Positions 12,990 through 25,647 of a stretch of DNA of 64,000 nt are shown here, piece after piece. Below the pieces are notes generated by a model that was not told the origin of the DNA, made no database searches, and saw only the letters and a list, made by a program, of their open reading frames with translations. The stretch comes from Trichoplax adhaerens (Eukaryota > Animalia > Placozoa): contig NW_002060945.1 in assembly GCF_000150275.1 (NCBI RefSeq), positions 6,935,607 through 6,999,606 on the forward strand, given 5' to 3'. Positions within the stretch are counted from its first letter, which is position 1; every line of letters starts with the position of its first letter. The position numbers and the translations under genes are program-made.

Positions 12990-15900
12990 ATGGCCTCCGA
13001 TTATGATGAAGCCGATCGTGATAGAGCTGCCATTGTAGCCAAGTACGATAAGGTGAGGTAGCCCTACAAAAGAATGTTTTGTATAAGTGATGCTTGAGTA
13101 TGCCTTTTCTACCTACAATTAATGCTAAATAATACTAAATTAAACGAAGAATTGTTTACCTTAGAGGCAGTGTTAATGTCTCTAACACACGTAACAGATT
13201 TTATTATAATTAAATATGCCAGCTGCAGTATACGTGTATTACACAAGTTTCTTTATGTCTTATGGTAGAATAGTCCTTGACATCGTACAGTTATAATCGC
13301 TTATTGTCGATAATAATGTAATAAGCAACATCCCAGTACTGTACTAAACTGGATATATTATGGATACTCTATTTTGAAATCAGTTTCCACAGAATAAGAA
13401 GAAATGAGACTATTAAACATCGATATTAATTAACTTGAAATTTTAATATTAACTTTATGTACTTTTACTAATAAAATAATATCAAAAATATCGCCATTTT
13501 TACACATTATCATCAATATCAATCAAAGGGACGAGAAGAAGGTGCAGAAATTGATCCATGGGAAGATGCCGATTTCTTTGTTTATAAAGTCACCGATCGT
13601 TATGGTTTTTTACAGTAAGCTCTTTATTATTCACAGCGTTTGTTGTAGTTATTGATAGTGAGCTTGAATGGCCGTACTAATTTAAATGAAGTAATCCTGG
13701 CCTTAAATGTATGCAAGTGTAAAAATTAACGTATCAAATCAAATAACTTAGGTAGTGTTACCATGCCTGATGATCACGTAGAAATATTCAGTCTTCAATC
13801 ATACTCCATACATTATTGCCCTTAATATTCGCGGATTAATTAATTAAACTGAATTGATTAAAGCATTTTACATAGAGGACGCACATATGATTATATCTTA
13901 AGCTTATATTGTAATCCAAAATATTAAGTACTAAACGTTATTTCGACAATTACTTATCAAATAGCAAGGAGCCCCTACCCAAACGTACGGAGTTAGAAGC
14001 GAAAGCATTGCTAATCGAACGGTCAAGAGAAATTAAATGGTTAAAAATGTTAAAAAATTGGGATAAATCGCTTCTTTCTGATAAGGTTGATAGAATTATA
14101 ACATTATTCTTAAAAATTAAGGTTAATTTCGTAGTCAAAAACAAAATACTGTATATAACATGCATAGGTTAACGCCTTATTCGTAAATTGTGATTATCAA
14201 CAGCTAAATAGTAAGGTTCAGTAATGCAATTTTTTCTCGTTTTATTTCAATTACTCATCATAAATACATATCTGAATATTAATTATTTAACCAAAGCGAT
14301 TATTTTTTAATTATCGAATGCTACTAATAATAGCTATCCAAATTTGTAATTTTTCTGAGCGCCTTATACCATTATCGAATGGATACACTCGTACTTTAAT
14401 TAAGAACAATTTTTATCTCATAATTTTCGAAACCTTCTAGTTGCGTAACCGAGTTTATAAGGGTATACCGAATTCTCTACGTAGTCAGGCATGGAGTCAA
14501 ATTCTACGCTTAGATAAAATCAAATTAAATAAAGAAGGCTTCTATGATGTAAGTGAAGGATTTCTCTTATACAAAAAGTTATACTAGGTATAGGGTCATT
14601 TTCTTATTAAAAATAAGATTATCTAAGTTGATTTTTAACCTATATATGATTCTGCATGTAGTACCTACATACATCAAGTATGATTAGGGCCTGCTATTGC
14701 TGAAATTGTCAGAAGTTGTGATAATTTAAAGCATAATTATCATTCATTGATTATTGCATTGGTTTTATTACTTTTATTTCCCAGCAAGCTAAACTATTGG
14801 CTAGACGTACTTCTCCCGATATAAGGCAGATTGATTTGGACGTTAACCGAACATATCGTAATCACATCATGTTTCGTGATCGTTATGGTATAAAGTAAGT
14901 ATTCCTCCACTTCCTGCGGTAAAGTAATCAAATTCATAATATTAGAGAGCACTTACGGTAATTTGTTCAATATAAAGCATAGTCATATCTTTCTTGCTAA
15001 GAATTATAAAAAATTTATAGATTTCAATGAGTGCACTTTGATGGAGATATTTAACTAGTAAATTGTTTCCTTCAATAAAAACTTATGTTTTCTATTCACT
15101 AGTTTATCACGCATTGTAACTTTATTATATCACTAAAATTTATCTTTTATTGTACTTAAGGCAACAGGCTCTATTTCATGTACTTGCCACATATTCGATG
15201 TATAACACGGTAATTATTCCTAACATTTCGAAAATATTGTTTTTTGATGTGCTTTAGTATAGATATCATTACTGTAACATAATACACATGTACAAAGATA
15301 CATAGTATTCCTCTGCTTGTGCACTTATGCAATAAAATATCCTTACAGGAAGTTGGTTATTGTCAAGGAATGAGTGGTATTGCAGCTCTGTTGCTGATGT
15401 ACTTTAATGAAGAGGTACTAGTCTTATTTAAGTTTGCAGTTTACGAGTGCAAATTACGGGTTTAATCTGATTTAATTTCGTCCGAATACTGTCTAGGATG
15501 CTTTCTGGGCTTTATCTTGTCTCCTTTCTGATAGAATGCATGGAATGCACGGTGATTATTTATAACTTGCGCTAAAATTATACAAGATCTAAAGACACAT
15601 TTTATTAATTGACCTGTATTTATCATAGGGTTATTCAAGCCTGGATTTCCAAAATTACTCAGACTTCAAGAGCATCATGAAAAAATTTGTAAAAAACTTT
15701 TAACAAAACTTCACAAGCATCTTGTAAGTTAAGAGTGCTATCGACAGTTACACCAATTATTACAGTTATTATTGTCTGTCCTTAACAGAATTTCTTGTTA
15801 TCAAAGAGTAAGTTCAGAATATGTATTACTTTTGCAGAAAAAAATTGAAGTCGACGCTAGAATATATTCAATGAAATGGTTTTTACAATGCTTCCTTGAT

Positions 15901-16759
15901 AGGGTCTGCAAAAGATTTACCCATATTTAAAATTGCACTTTTTAACTATAATATCGCTTGTATCAATAGATCAATCAATCCATGATTATTTAATATTACC
16001 ATCTTCGAACGTAAATTCTTATTGTTATTTGGATTTCATCCTAGTTGCCTTTTTCGTTAACTCTGAGAGTTTGGGATGCTTTTATATTTGATGGCGATAG
16101 AGTTCCTATTGCCATGGCGTTCTTGGTTATTAAGCTATACAAGAGTAAGCTAATAAGTGATTAGCGTTTCGTTTTTGTATACGTGTGCTAATTAGTTTCC
16201 ATATTTTTATTTTATAATCACTTGACTTATCTAATTATATTCGATACCAATTTCAGAACAATTATCTAAAATGAGCTTTGATGAAGCAATGTCTCATTTG
16301 CAAACTATGGAGAATCATAACTTCAACGATGATGAAATTATGGAAATGTTGCAAGCAACAATGCTAGAACTTCGGCGAAATGGCTTAGACCATCCTGGAC
16401 CATCTCAAATAACAGAACAAGCTCCTCCACCTCCTAGAAACATAGATGAATTTACGTCTCGAGTTAATTTTTCCAGACATATTCGCGATATAAATTATAA
16501 GCATCCTCGAATGAAAAGAAATAATAGTTTTAAGGAAAGCATTAACGCAATGTATAACAATGATGATCCGGTTGCGCCACCAAATGCAAACGAACCCGAT
16601 GATCCTGGCGACAATATTCGCCATAACACAAAGGATAATCACAAAACTACGGTTATTCCTAATGTAACGGCAAAATCTTCAGGTAGTCCTTTGAAATCAA
16701 CTAGTTATGGCCTAGGCAATCCTACAGATGCTAATGGACATGTTCCAGTTTCCGTATAA
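12990..16759 (+). CDS. USP6NL: USP6 N-terminal-like / RN-tre TBC-domain Rab GTPase-activating protein, 12 coding exons, about 473 aa
   Basis: Exons 12990-13052, 13529-13614, 13965-14085, 14441-14548, 14785-14894, 15161-15209, 15349-15414, 15497-15551, 15629-15723, 15838-15903, 16045-16144, 16257-16759. All introns are GT-AG and phases are consistent. Translation includes [58 protein letters not shown] (R finger), EVGYCQGMS (Q finger), [20 protein letters not shown]. Confidence 0.96.
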
Positions 16760-18034
16760 TAATATTATGATAATACGACATTAATGATCAGGATATTTAT
16801 CCATCAGAGATTTTTAATTTGAATGTTACGTTATACATTTTACAATCCCTTTTACAGATGTAGTAATGTAGGGAGTACTAATGGTTCTAATCTTTACTTT
16901 TCTTTCTCATAATCTTTCAGATAATGGTTTACAAGAAGCATGTTTTTAGGTCATATTTATAAGATCCTGAATATTGTATTTATAAAATTATTTCTGTACG
17001 ATTTGCCGATTAAAAACATTGGCTAATTATTCGTTGCTGTACGGTATTACTGTGACGTCTTGACATCTACTAGAATTTGTGAGTTTATGATATTGTATAA
17101 TCTTATGAATTGATTGCTACATTACAGACATAAAACTGTGGCAAAAAAGAATTTGTATAATTTACAGTGAACTAAATGAAATTGTTATATTATGACGTTG
17201 TATTTATTTTTTACTGCAAAAAAATTGCCATTACGCGTCATATGCGTTGGTATTGAAACTGGTATATACGTAATATCAAAAGAATGCATAATTATGTAAT
17301 TTACGAATATGTTCTTTATGTATTAAACGTTTTGTATCTTCTGCTTCAATTCGCTATTTTGTAAGTTGTATAAAATATTGATCAGAAAAAAAGGGTTGTG
17401 TTGATAAATATTTCTTTTATCTGCTATTCGATCTATTCAGGATTATCAGTAATTATTTGAAGTTAAGCTATCAAATTTTGAAATTTTCTGCTTGAGACAT
17501 CATATTTTTAATGGATTTTTCTTATTCTGTTGTGTAGTCGATATTAGAAAGTTAAATGATTAAAAAAATAAGTTCTTCATTATATTTTCTAATCAATAAT
17601 TGTCATCCCAGTATAGCTACCTTAATTGGTAATTTGGCCAATGACAGAAACTTCTGTCGGTTAGAATTTATTTGCAGAGTACTAAAACACAATTACAGTT
17701 ATTCGACAGAGTAAATTTAATGGACCTAACTGATACTGTATATACAATCATATGTTGAGTTATACTATATTACAATATTAGGTTTAACGGTACATTGATA
17801 ATACATTGTTGAAGAGTCATGTAATTTACATTGCGATTAATATAGTCAAAACGAATGTCATTAATGACAATCAATCACTTGTTACAATCTCATAAATCAC
17901 ATTAAACCAGACTATATTTACATTTGGTATTCTTTTTTCATAAGCCTGCAATCAATTATCTAAAAACGTACTCGTATAACAAGCTACGATATCAACGTGA
18001 TAAAAAATTTCATATAATTCCCAAGAGGCAAGCA

Positions 18035-21000
18035 TTATGATTCAAGTTCATTGATGGCAGCAATTTCTTGACCCAAGCAGCTTTTGGTAATGAAATCGCA
18101 ATTCTCAATTTCTTTGATTGCAGCATGAATATGAGATGGAACCAGAACATAGTCTATGCTGTATCAAAATAGATGAAAGCTAGTAATTACAGATTATATT
18201 TAACAGTAGATATTCGCAAACTATGAAAGCAATTGTCCTTCAATATCTTACACTGAAGAAGAGGAACCCTTCGCAGCTACGGCAACAGATTTCCTCAATA
18301 TATGTTTGATAAATCCCTTACATGCCTAGTAAATTACCATAATAAAGAAATGTATACAGTGATGAATACACCTATGATTCAATAACTCTCTGAACACTAA
18401 AGTTTCATCGTATGTTTTCAACTATGGCAGCAATAGATACCTCGAAAATGATACGTTCACTTAATGGAGTTTCTACATCACCTTTCTTTACTGTTTGAAA
18501 ATCGACGCCGATCTAATAAAGTGGCAAAGTATATTTATAATTCTTAGATATTAAATTAAATCAATTACATGCAATATAAAGTATTATCGCTTACAATTTC
18601 TTTTGAAGTATCACGTATCCACTGCAATTCTGGTGGAAGTGGTGGGATAGATACTTCCTGATTTTCTGATTCTATTACCGTCCTCTTATTATCAATACTT
18701 TCATGTGCTTCACTGTTGTCGACTACATTAATCTCTGTAATAGCTTCATTATCATATGCTGCAAAAATATAATATGTGGCACTTTACATTGCAAGGAAAC
18801 AATATCGATAATATGACTCAATTTTATGGTTGGAACATTTATTTGTACCATTCATTTTCATTTTTTTAGCCTTTTTTGCCAGTTTAGTAAGCAAATTATC
18901 CGCTGTACTTAAGGTGCATGTATCTTTATAAGAATAAAAACAATCGGTTGCTTTGAAATACATTTCGGTAAAATATAGCTTGCGCTGGATATACACACCA
19001 GCGAACGGATTAGTATGCAATTAAATTTTACGGTGCTTACCTAGTAAATCGAATGAAGTCTTACAGACGTGATTAGTCTTCATATTCTCCTTAAACTCCT
19101 TCAAATTAACGCGTCAGAAGTCAAAATCGATGATAATACTATACTGTTGTTATTTCGTACTTTCTTGTATGAAAATAAATTTTTCTCATCGAATATATAT
19201 TATACCTGCTGATTCCCAGTATAAAGAAGTCGACCACATATGTGACAGAAGTTAGCTATACCTCCATCTCGCTTGCTATTCAAGTCTACAGGTGTGTATC
19301 CATGTTGACGACACCAAATCGTAATCTGCTTGGTAGTTGGTAGTTGCACTAGACCGGGGCTATGCGATCCAATAAATTTTTTCATATCAATCGCTCTTTG
19401 CCACTACAAATATACCAAGATGGTTATATTAAGATATAATCTCAAAGGTGTGATAAAGCGTTAGGTATTCAATATGGATAGTAACCTCTGCTGCTCTTCG
19501 TTTTCCAATGTTCCACGAAAAAAAAGTTTCACAATTCTTCGCACAGTAAGGTTGTGAAAGAGGAGTCGAATTTTCTAATAATAGGGAAAGGGTGATACGT
19601 TAATAAAGAACAACTTCTTGAAAAGCAATTTCATTCCTTTGATTAAAGGAATTTCAAATTTCCGTACCAGATATTAACTGATAAACTTTAGCCCCTTCTT
19701 CTAGTAATTGCTCCAAATCAAACTTTGTCTCAATTTCTGGTTCATATCTAATAATTGTTTTAAGATCATATTGAAATGTAAACTAAATATTTTTGTGAAG
19801 ACGAAAAAGAGTCCTTACTTGAATGTATCAGGAGACGTAACTTGTTCAAACATATCGTTGTCACCAACGATTTCGGGATTACTATCTTTTGAAATCAGCT
19901 CATCCACAATTTCATCAAGATTATCAGGGCTTACCGGTGCGTTGCTGACAGTATCAACATCTGTTTTCCATTCATGGTATAATTCCACGTCGACAATCTT
20001 TGTATTAATTCATCAATAACACATGAAAATAGTTAAAAAGTATCTGTAGACACCGCGATATATATATATATAATGCAAAGAATATGCTAGATTCTACCGT
20101 TTCAGAACCAAGAGTTTGAAGGCCAGTATAAGTACGATCGAGCTATTGTAATTACGTAAGCGTGAAGGATGTTTAATAGGAATATAGTACTACAACCCTA
20201 GTATTTATGTAATAAGTAAAACAGATGCACATTTTATCTTTATAAATTTCCATCCGAGTATTACCTTCAAATGATGAATTACATCAACTCTCTTATTATG
20301 AGAATCGACAAAATGGAGTTGAACACGTACTGGGAATTCTCCCCAACCTCTTCTAGTTAAATGAAACGGTGGCTGACTAACAAATAAATATAGTAGGTTT
20401 AGTAATCATCACAGTTTCTGGCTGCTTCATGTGTATAGGGTAAAACAAGACGCTAAATTAGATCAACTCACTTGACTTTAACCAAGTCATTTGGTCTATA
20501 ACTCGGATGTAAGAAAAACCAAACACACTTTACGAACTGATGAATTTCAGGTTCCTGCGATCAAAGGACATCATCATTTATGTTAATAGCGTAACAATAA
20601 GGTAATATTTTGTTATAAATTATAATAATAAGTCATAATAATAACATAAGTACTGTATATGCGAGGATAATGGTATTTTAATTCTTGTTGTAAGATAAAA
20701 TTGTATTAGTAATATTAAAAACGAAATAGTTTACCACCTCTTCTGTGCCTCTAACGTATACCATCCACTTATGTGTCGATTGATTATGTTCATCACGTTG
20801 ATCTAATGGTATATATTTCGAGGTGTTGCCGATGATAATTCGCTTTTTGGTATAAAATCTAGAACTAATGTCGCCTTCATTTCTAGATGCTTTATTAAAA
20901 ATGATTTTATTAACTCGTAGAGATTTTAATACAACAAATGTCGTTAGAAAGCATTTTTTGTAAATACTTTTAGGGTAATTATTTGCAATATTTTACATTT

Positions 21001-23287
21001 ATTAATATTACGTACATCTCTCTTGAATAGCCTTAGATTCCTAGAGTTTAAAGAGGATCAGAAAAATCACTGTCAAGCACTTAAATCAGTTCAAGGTTCC
21101 TTACTTTAAATGTAGTATAACGCAGTGACGAAATTCATAAAGTAATCAGCTGACTACATAAGATTGAATGTTGTCTCTACATGCCTTGTCAATATAAGAT
21201 GAATGATTTATCTCGTCTTAACTTTACTTAGGACATTATTATAGGATCTGTGATATAATATAATCTATTGCACATTTGCGCAAAAGTACGTTATCTCAAC
21301 GAGTGCAATACCAATCATCCAGGAGGCAAGATATAGTATTTACGACAGAGTTTAAGCATAAAATGATGATCAGATACTTTAAGTATCATAGGAGTAAAAA
21401 TAGCGAATCATTATATACAGTCAAGCTATTATCGTAATTATAAAGATAGAAGAATTTCTTGCTATAATATTTGTAACGTCAATTTATAAGTACTATACGC
21501 ATAGTAATTTTACCTGCGTAGTTTTAGTAGCTGTCGAATTCTGTAATCTAGCTTCTTTTACAATTGATTCGGCAGGGTGATTGGGGTTAATAAATGTTAG
21601 CTTTTGCGAGCTCAAATTGCGACTAATTATATCCTCATTTTCGGCTGTATCAGGGTCTGTTGCTGTACGATCCGTTAACTGTTCCAGAGGTTTCGGAGTA
21701 CCATAAAATTTGGCGATGATACAGGCTCTTATTTTATCCAACATTGCTCGAACCTGGTAAATCCTCTACATAATTAAATCAATTTGCTGTTAGAAAACCA
21801 TCGCATAAGACGGGTTGAATTGTAATCTGATTCACTATCGTCTATTGCACAAATCTCATGCAACATTAGTCAATAATTAAGCTATTGCTTAATCTTCCAA
21901 GGATCAGTAAAGGGCTTTAATTACAACTTAATTGTAAGAAATGTTATATCCCACAAACATGGTGGCAACTGTTATTCAATAGAAAAGATCAATATGGTTT
22001 TGCAGGAGCATTTACGCATGGTGCTCCTTGGGTTGATTACATCTGATTCAATAATAATATACTTCGTATATAGGAATTGATCAGGTAGGACGATATTTAA
22101 TTTGTCGTTACATTTTGTATATGATTGGATAAAAGTCGCAGGTACTGTTAATATAGCTAAAAGATAACTCGATTCTTGATTGGCTCTGCTGATATCAATG
22201 TACATTTAGCATAAGGATTATCATGAAAAGTTTGTTGAAATCTACGAGGGATAAAGTCCATTCTGTGCATCATTCGGTACATGACTGAGTATAATCACCA
22301 TTGCCGTTAGTGTATAGTGAGCAAAAGTTAAGTTTATGCTCGAGTAATGGCAGTATATAAAGAAAACATTTATGCAGGATATTGATGAAATACAGGAGTA
22401 TCAATCTCTAATCATTTAATCCGCTTCATTCACTAATTTCTAAATTAAGGTGTAGGATTGAAATTTTAATCACGTCAGTATAGCAATATGACAATTGCCT
22501 AATAGTAGCTTGCCTTGCCATTAGCTTTTTGGTGACTAGAATTATTCGATATCATATAGATAGTTTAAGTTAAGAAGAACATAGTGTCGATTTACACCTC
22601 ATTTACTCTTTTCATGAAAACGTAGACACTAAAAGGAAGGGATATCGTTTCAGTTTTGTGAGAATATCAATATCGAACGTCAGTTCCATGTTGATTTACA
22701 CCGATCATGAGTTAACCTTAATTAACGCACTTACTTGATCAATAGTAGCGATTTCCCTCTCCTTATATCGTAATTCTGTATCAAACTGGTTGGTGATAAT
22801 ATCCTCAATCTTCTGTATTGCTAATTCCTTCGCTCCTAAACACATAGTAGATACGAAGATAGAAGATTATGAGAAGTCATGAGCCAGTAACTAGTGGTTT
22901 TCCCGCCATGATAACATCACTCCTGATAGCATAAAAGGATACGGAAATACACTCATAGCTATTCAATCGCTTTATCCCTGGCTACAATAATAATATTGAC
23001 TAGGTGATATCGATAAATTTCATCCTAGGAGATACTACGATCACTAAGTTAATGCGCTAAAAAGTAGAGCTGCTATCCTAATTGCAAGTTGAGCTAGTTG
23101 TTAACGTTTTCACCATGGAGATAAACAGTATTCAGATTCAATCATGGAAAGAAATTATCTCAACAGTAACAAGGCTAGAAAGTACAGAAATACACAGTAA
23201 ACAGGTCTGCAGTAGTCACTAACCAGAGTCTTCTAATCGCATTCTTTTACGGTGGTAATTGACATCTTCATAATCAGGATCAGCCAT
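18035..23287 (-). CDS. YEATS2: YEATS domain-containing protein 2 (ATAC complex acyl-lysine reader), about 17 exons, compact form
   Basis: Starts MADPDYEDV (23287), then [13 protein letters not shown]...EIATIDQ and [14 protein letters not shown]. The YEATS domain reads [13 protein letters not shown]...[62 protein letters not shown]-terminal motifs [23 protein letters not shown] and [11 protein letters not shown] follow; stop at 18035-18037. Confidence 0.95.
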
Positions 23288-23899
23288 TTTTTTTTTCAAT
23301 CCACGCGATATATACACACACAATCGTCCAGAATTTGCTTTTATCCTATCCTAGCCAGGTTGATTATAACGTGTTCGTATCAACACGTAATAATAACTCT
23401 AATATTGCAGTAATGAATCGTCATTTGATGAGGAAGAAATGATAGTCCTGACCAAGTAGAATTAATTGGATAATTTGGCGAATAGCACTTGCAATGGCAG
23501 CTATTGCTTGCTCGAGGCAATCTCCTTAACTAGAGCTTGGAATTTGAAAGAACCTTTCCACTAGGCATGTGCATCGAGAGGGTTTGTGCTATCCAACGAT
23601 TTGCAAAGTGATAGTGTACTCTATATCATGATCTATGTTATAGGACACAGTACTATCAACAGTATCAGTTCCAATCTGTATTTGCACATTCTACCAAATA
23701 GTACAAAAATAAAGGTAGAATGGGAAAGAAGATCTCGTGGAGATGCTTTTCTCGTTTCTCTATTCGGGAAAACATGGAATTATGGACTACTGTATAGGAT
23801 CTAATTCAGCTGTAGTCTGTAAAATAGGAGTTACTCTAATAAAATGAAGGATACTATAGTTCAGCTGTATTACTATTCGAGAGAAATGAAAGCAGAGAT

Positions 23900-25040
23900 T
23901 GCTTACGCGTATATTGTAGAGCTCATTCATAGTGCTCACCAACTTGAATTGGTGCTCAAGGGTTGTTTAAAAATCTTCTCTAGCGTCTTCACTGATACCT
24001 AATGATAGAATATAATCACTGCGTTAATTTCTGCCTAGAATTACTCCTCAACCATTCTGAAAAGCCTAGTATATGTAAATAGGGTATGTAGATACTCAAC
24101 GCTCTATATCGTCATTGCCAATTGGTGCTAAACCCTAAGCCAAAAAATCTCTCGGACCTTCACTCATATAGAATTATATAATACAATCTTGACAATAATT
24201 TCTTCCATGTCTGGATAATAATTCCTAGTCCATAAAGTGATACTTACCTAACTATACTAAAAAGAACGCTAGAATGATATAAATATAGTGCAAAATAAAT
24301 GCATTAGACGTACCCGAGAGATGCATGTATGATAACAATTATTTCAACGCTGTCTTGAAAAACTCTCAATGGGCAACGTGATCATGGATTGGTGCTATAC
24401 TAATATCCAAACAAGGATATGTAATAATATAGTACAATTATTGCACTAATTATCGTCTGACAATACTCCTGGCCAATAGCAAAAAGTCTGCTATACGTAG
24501 TTATAGACGGAAAAATAAATGGCTTATATGTATTAATTATTAACCAATAGCTAATATCATCTCAATAGCGGAATAACGGTAATATAGATATCATCCAATG
24601 CTTCTTGGGCTGTGAAGCACACTGTAGTCGTAAATAATCATGTAGAGGATAATCTACAATAAAATATATGGAAATAAAGTTGACTATAGAAAATATAATA
24701 ATTTTAGGGTAGAATATATGGAAATAAAGTTTGTAGAGTATAGAATAATTCCTAATTGTATCTAGACTACTATGGTAGGCCGTACTTACGAGCAGTCATC
24801 TCAATCAAAATTCAATAACTATTTTTTACAATACGATATGCAAACTACTGTATAGCGCTCCATATAATATCGACTTGTATTGAATACTATCAAAACCTTT
24901 CAAATTTGACGCATTTAAGCTAAAATAACTAATGCGAGAGTACAGAAATACGTTATGTAATACTAGTAACAAATTGTAAGGGAATTCCAGCATACCTCAT
25001 TGCATGGTAAATACGCAGAAAATAAAAACTGCTTCAAGAA
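23900..25040 (-). pseudogene. Spliced-looking minus-strand segment with interrupted frames (decayed gene, lncRNA or YEATS2 5' UTR exons)
   Basis: Six strong minus-strand donors (GTAAGC, GTGAGC, GTAAGT x2, GTACGT, GTATGC) with paired acceptors define exon-sized blocks, e.g. 23940-23998, 24314-about 24403 and 24790-24919. The larger blocks carry in-frame stops. Confidence 0.35.
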
Positions 25041-25647
25041 ATTTTTTTAAATTGGTGTTTAATAAGTAATAATTGATATGAAGGTAATACCTTCCCATAC
25101 ATTGTCCCTAACTAAAATGGTATACTTGCATATGTTCATATGTAAACACCTTGGATATTATATCAGTACGTGTATGTTAATAAAACATTTTTTACTGCTA
25201 CAGCGCATTCAATAATAAATTGACTATGTTACAAATATATAAATAGACCAATCGTTATAATACATTAGATAAAATGATAATTATCGAAACCAAGAGCAGG
25301 TAATAGTTTTAAAATCACATAAAAGTATCGTTTAAGAGTTTAAATGTCCTTGTTAAACTCATTTCCAAAAGCGCCACATACAGGTATGTAAGCGCATATA
25401 TTACATTGAAACGATGCTGATACACTATAATACAAAAACTGTTTATTTTTTAAAAAGCTGCACCGCAAAATATGCCTTCGCGCCAATCAATAAATGCAGC
25501 ATGTTAAGAATGCATTACGCAATTCTAATTTCACTACTGTATTGTATCCACTAGTTGAAACTTTGAGTATTGTATAAATGTTGTGTTTGTGTTTACTCGA
25601 CAGTTGAAAAGTACACTCTTGAAGGTCAAGATAATCATCTCAGCTAG

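Noticed and set aside
13768-13852. C/D-box snoRNA candidate (TGATGA...CTGA) in USP6NL intron 2
   Set aside because: The guide position is low-complexity AT sequence and there is no terminal stem.
22934-22942. U12-type donor-like GTATCCTTT on the minus strand (similar ATATCCTTT near 46641)
   Set aside because: Both fall inside ordinary GT-AG introns whose flanking exons already join in frame.
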